A stretch of 64,000 nucleotides of DNA from NCBI GenBank assembly GCA_041741955.1, contig JBGSJL010000343.1, positions 13,953 through 77,952 on the forward strand. The letters are read 5' to 3'. A program made the translations under genes and the position numbers. Every line of letters begins with the position of its first letter. Position 1 is the stretch's first letter. Source of the DNA: Pirellulaceae bacterium (GTDB lineage: Bacteria > Planctomycetota > Planctomycetia > Pirellulales > Pirellulaceae). Under the pieces are notes generated by a model, which worked only from the letters and a program-made list of their open reading frames with translations, searched no databases and was not told where the DNA came from. This document shows, in pieces, positions 63,219 through 64,000 of the stretch.

Positions 63219-63986
63219 CTAGGTCGCAGCAAGCTGTTGCAGAAAACCGTATCCCTTATCTTCCAGTTCCAGCGCCAATGATTTGTCGCCTGATCGGACG
63301 ATCTTGCCGCCGGCCAGCACATGAACTTTGTCCGGTACGATGTAATCGAGCAAGCGTTGATAGTGCGTTACGACGATTGTTGCCCGCTCGGGGCTTCGCA
63401 GTGCGTTGACGCCATCGGCAACAATTTTCAGCGCGTCGATGTCCAAGCCGGAATCGGTTTCGTCGAGTACAGCCAGTTTGGGTTGCAGCATCGCCATTTG
63501 CAGAATCTCATTGCGTTTCTTTTCACCACCCGAGAAGCCTTCGTTTACCGAACGCTCCATCATGCTTTTGTCCATCCCTAGTCGCTTCAGGTTCTCCTTG
63601 AGCAAGTCTAGGAATTCAGTTCGCTTGATTGGCGGTTCGCCGTGATACTTGCGAATGGAGTTCATGGCGGTTCGGAGGAAGTACTTGTTGCTGACGCCAG
63701 CGATTTCGACGGGATACTGGTACGCCAGGAAAACTCCCTCAGCGGCCCGCTCTTCGATCTCCATCCCCAGCAAATCTTTGCCGTTGTATAGGATTTCGCC
63801 TTGCGTGACCTCGTAGTCGTCGCGGCCAGCAATCACGTGCGCCAGCGTGCTTTTCCCAGAGCCGTTCGGGCCCATAATCGCATGGACTTCGCCTACGGCG
63901 ACTTGTAAGTTGATGCCGCGGAGGATTTCGGTATCCATCGTGCGGGCGTGTAGATTCTTGATTTCAAGCATGGTTTTTTCAGTCAA
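63219..63986 (-). CDS. sufC: Fe-S cluster assembly ATPase SufC
   Basis: GPNGSGKST, QYPVEIAGV, GFSGGEKKRNE, LDETDSGLDID and THYQRLL. Confidence 0.96.
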   Translation of the reverse strand: MTEKTMLEIKNLHARTMDTEILRGINLQVAVGEVHAIMGPNGSGKSTLAHVIAGRDDYEVTQGEILYNGKDLLGMEIEERAAEGVFLAYQYPVEIAGVSNKYFLRTAMNSIRKYHGEPPIKRTEFLDLLKENLKRLGMDKSMMERSVNEGFSGGEKKRNEILQMAMLQPKLAVLDETDSGLDIDALKIVADGVNALRSPERATIVVTHYQRLLDYIVPDKVHVLAGGKIVRSGDKSLALELEDKGYGFLQQLAAT

Positions 63987-64000
63987 TCTTTATGTAGAGA

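Overview
This 64 kb window looks like planctomycete chromosome, probably Pirellulaceae-like. That call is inferred from the DUF1501/DUF1549-DUF1553 pair, an spd-type EF-G and several REP-like palindrome families. Positions 1-52.7 kb are mostly housekeeping and envelope genes: fusA, a FabF-like synthase, two di-haem peroxidase-superfamily proteins, a LysM L,D-transpeptidase, NatAB-type ABC/CPBP genes, a GumC-like protein, hpt, two GT4 enzymes, a sigma-70 factor, fluC, ilvB, rimI, a NUDIX hydrolase, flgFGAHIJ, a RimK/deacylase/cation-chloride-transporter trio, ubiX/ubiE, lutC and a CBS-domain transporter. Positions 52.7-64 kb form a stress/metal/Fe-S patchwork containing gene fragments (USP, STAS/SEC14, truncated NDH-2-like gene, CzcA/CzcB, His-rich ORF, ferredoxin, sufD, sufC). 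The most notable observations are: (1) a solitary C5-methyltransferase that matches Dnmt2/TRDMT1 tRNA methyltransferases motif by motif, rather than restriction-modification enzymes; (2) a probably Tyr-ligated MauG/MbnH-type di-haem enzyme between a membrane protein and a secreted beta-propeller, a possible protein-modification module; (3) a four-layer nested REP/MITE element inside the flagellar operon; (4) a RimK-RCK_C fusion with a deacylase and an SLC12-like transporter. I found no rRNA, tRNA, CRISPR array or transposase. All family calls come from motif recognition by eye; no searches were run.
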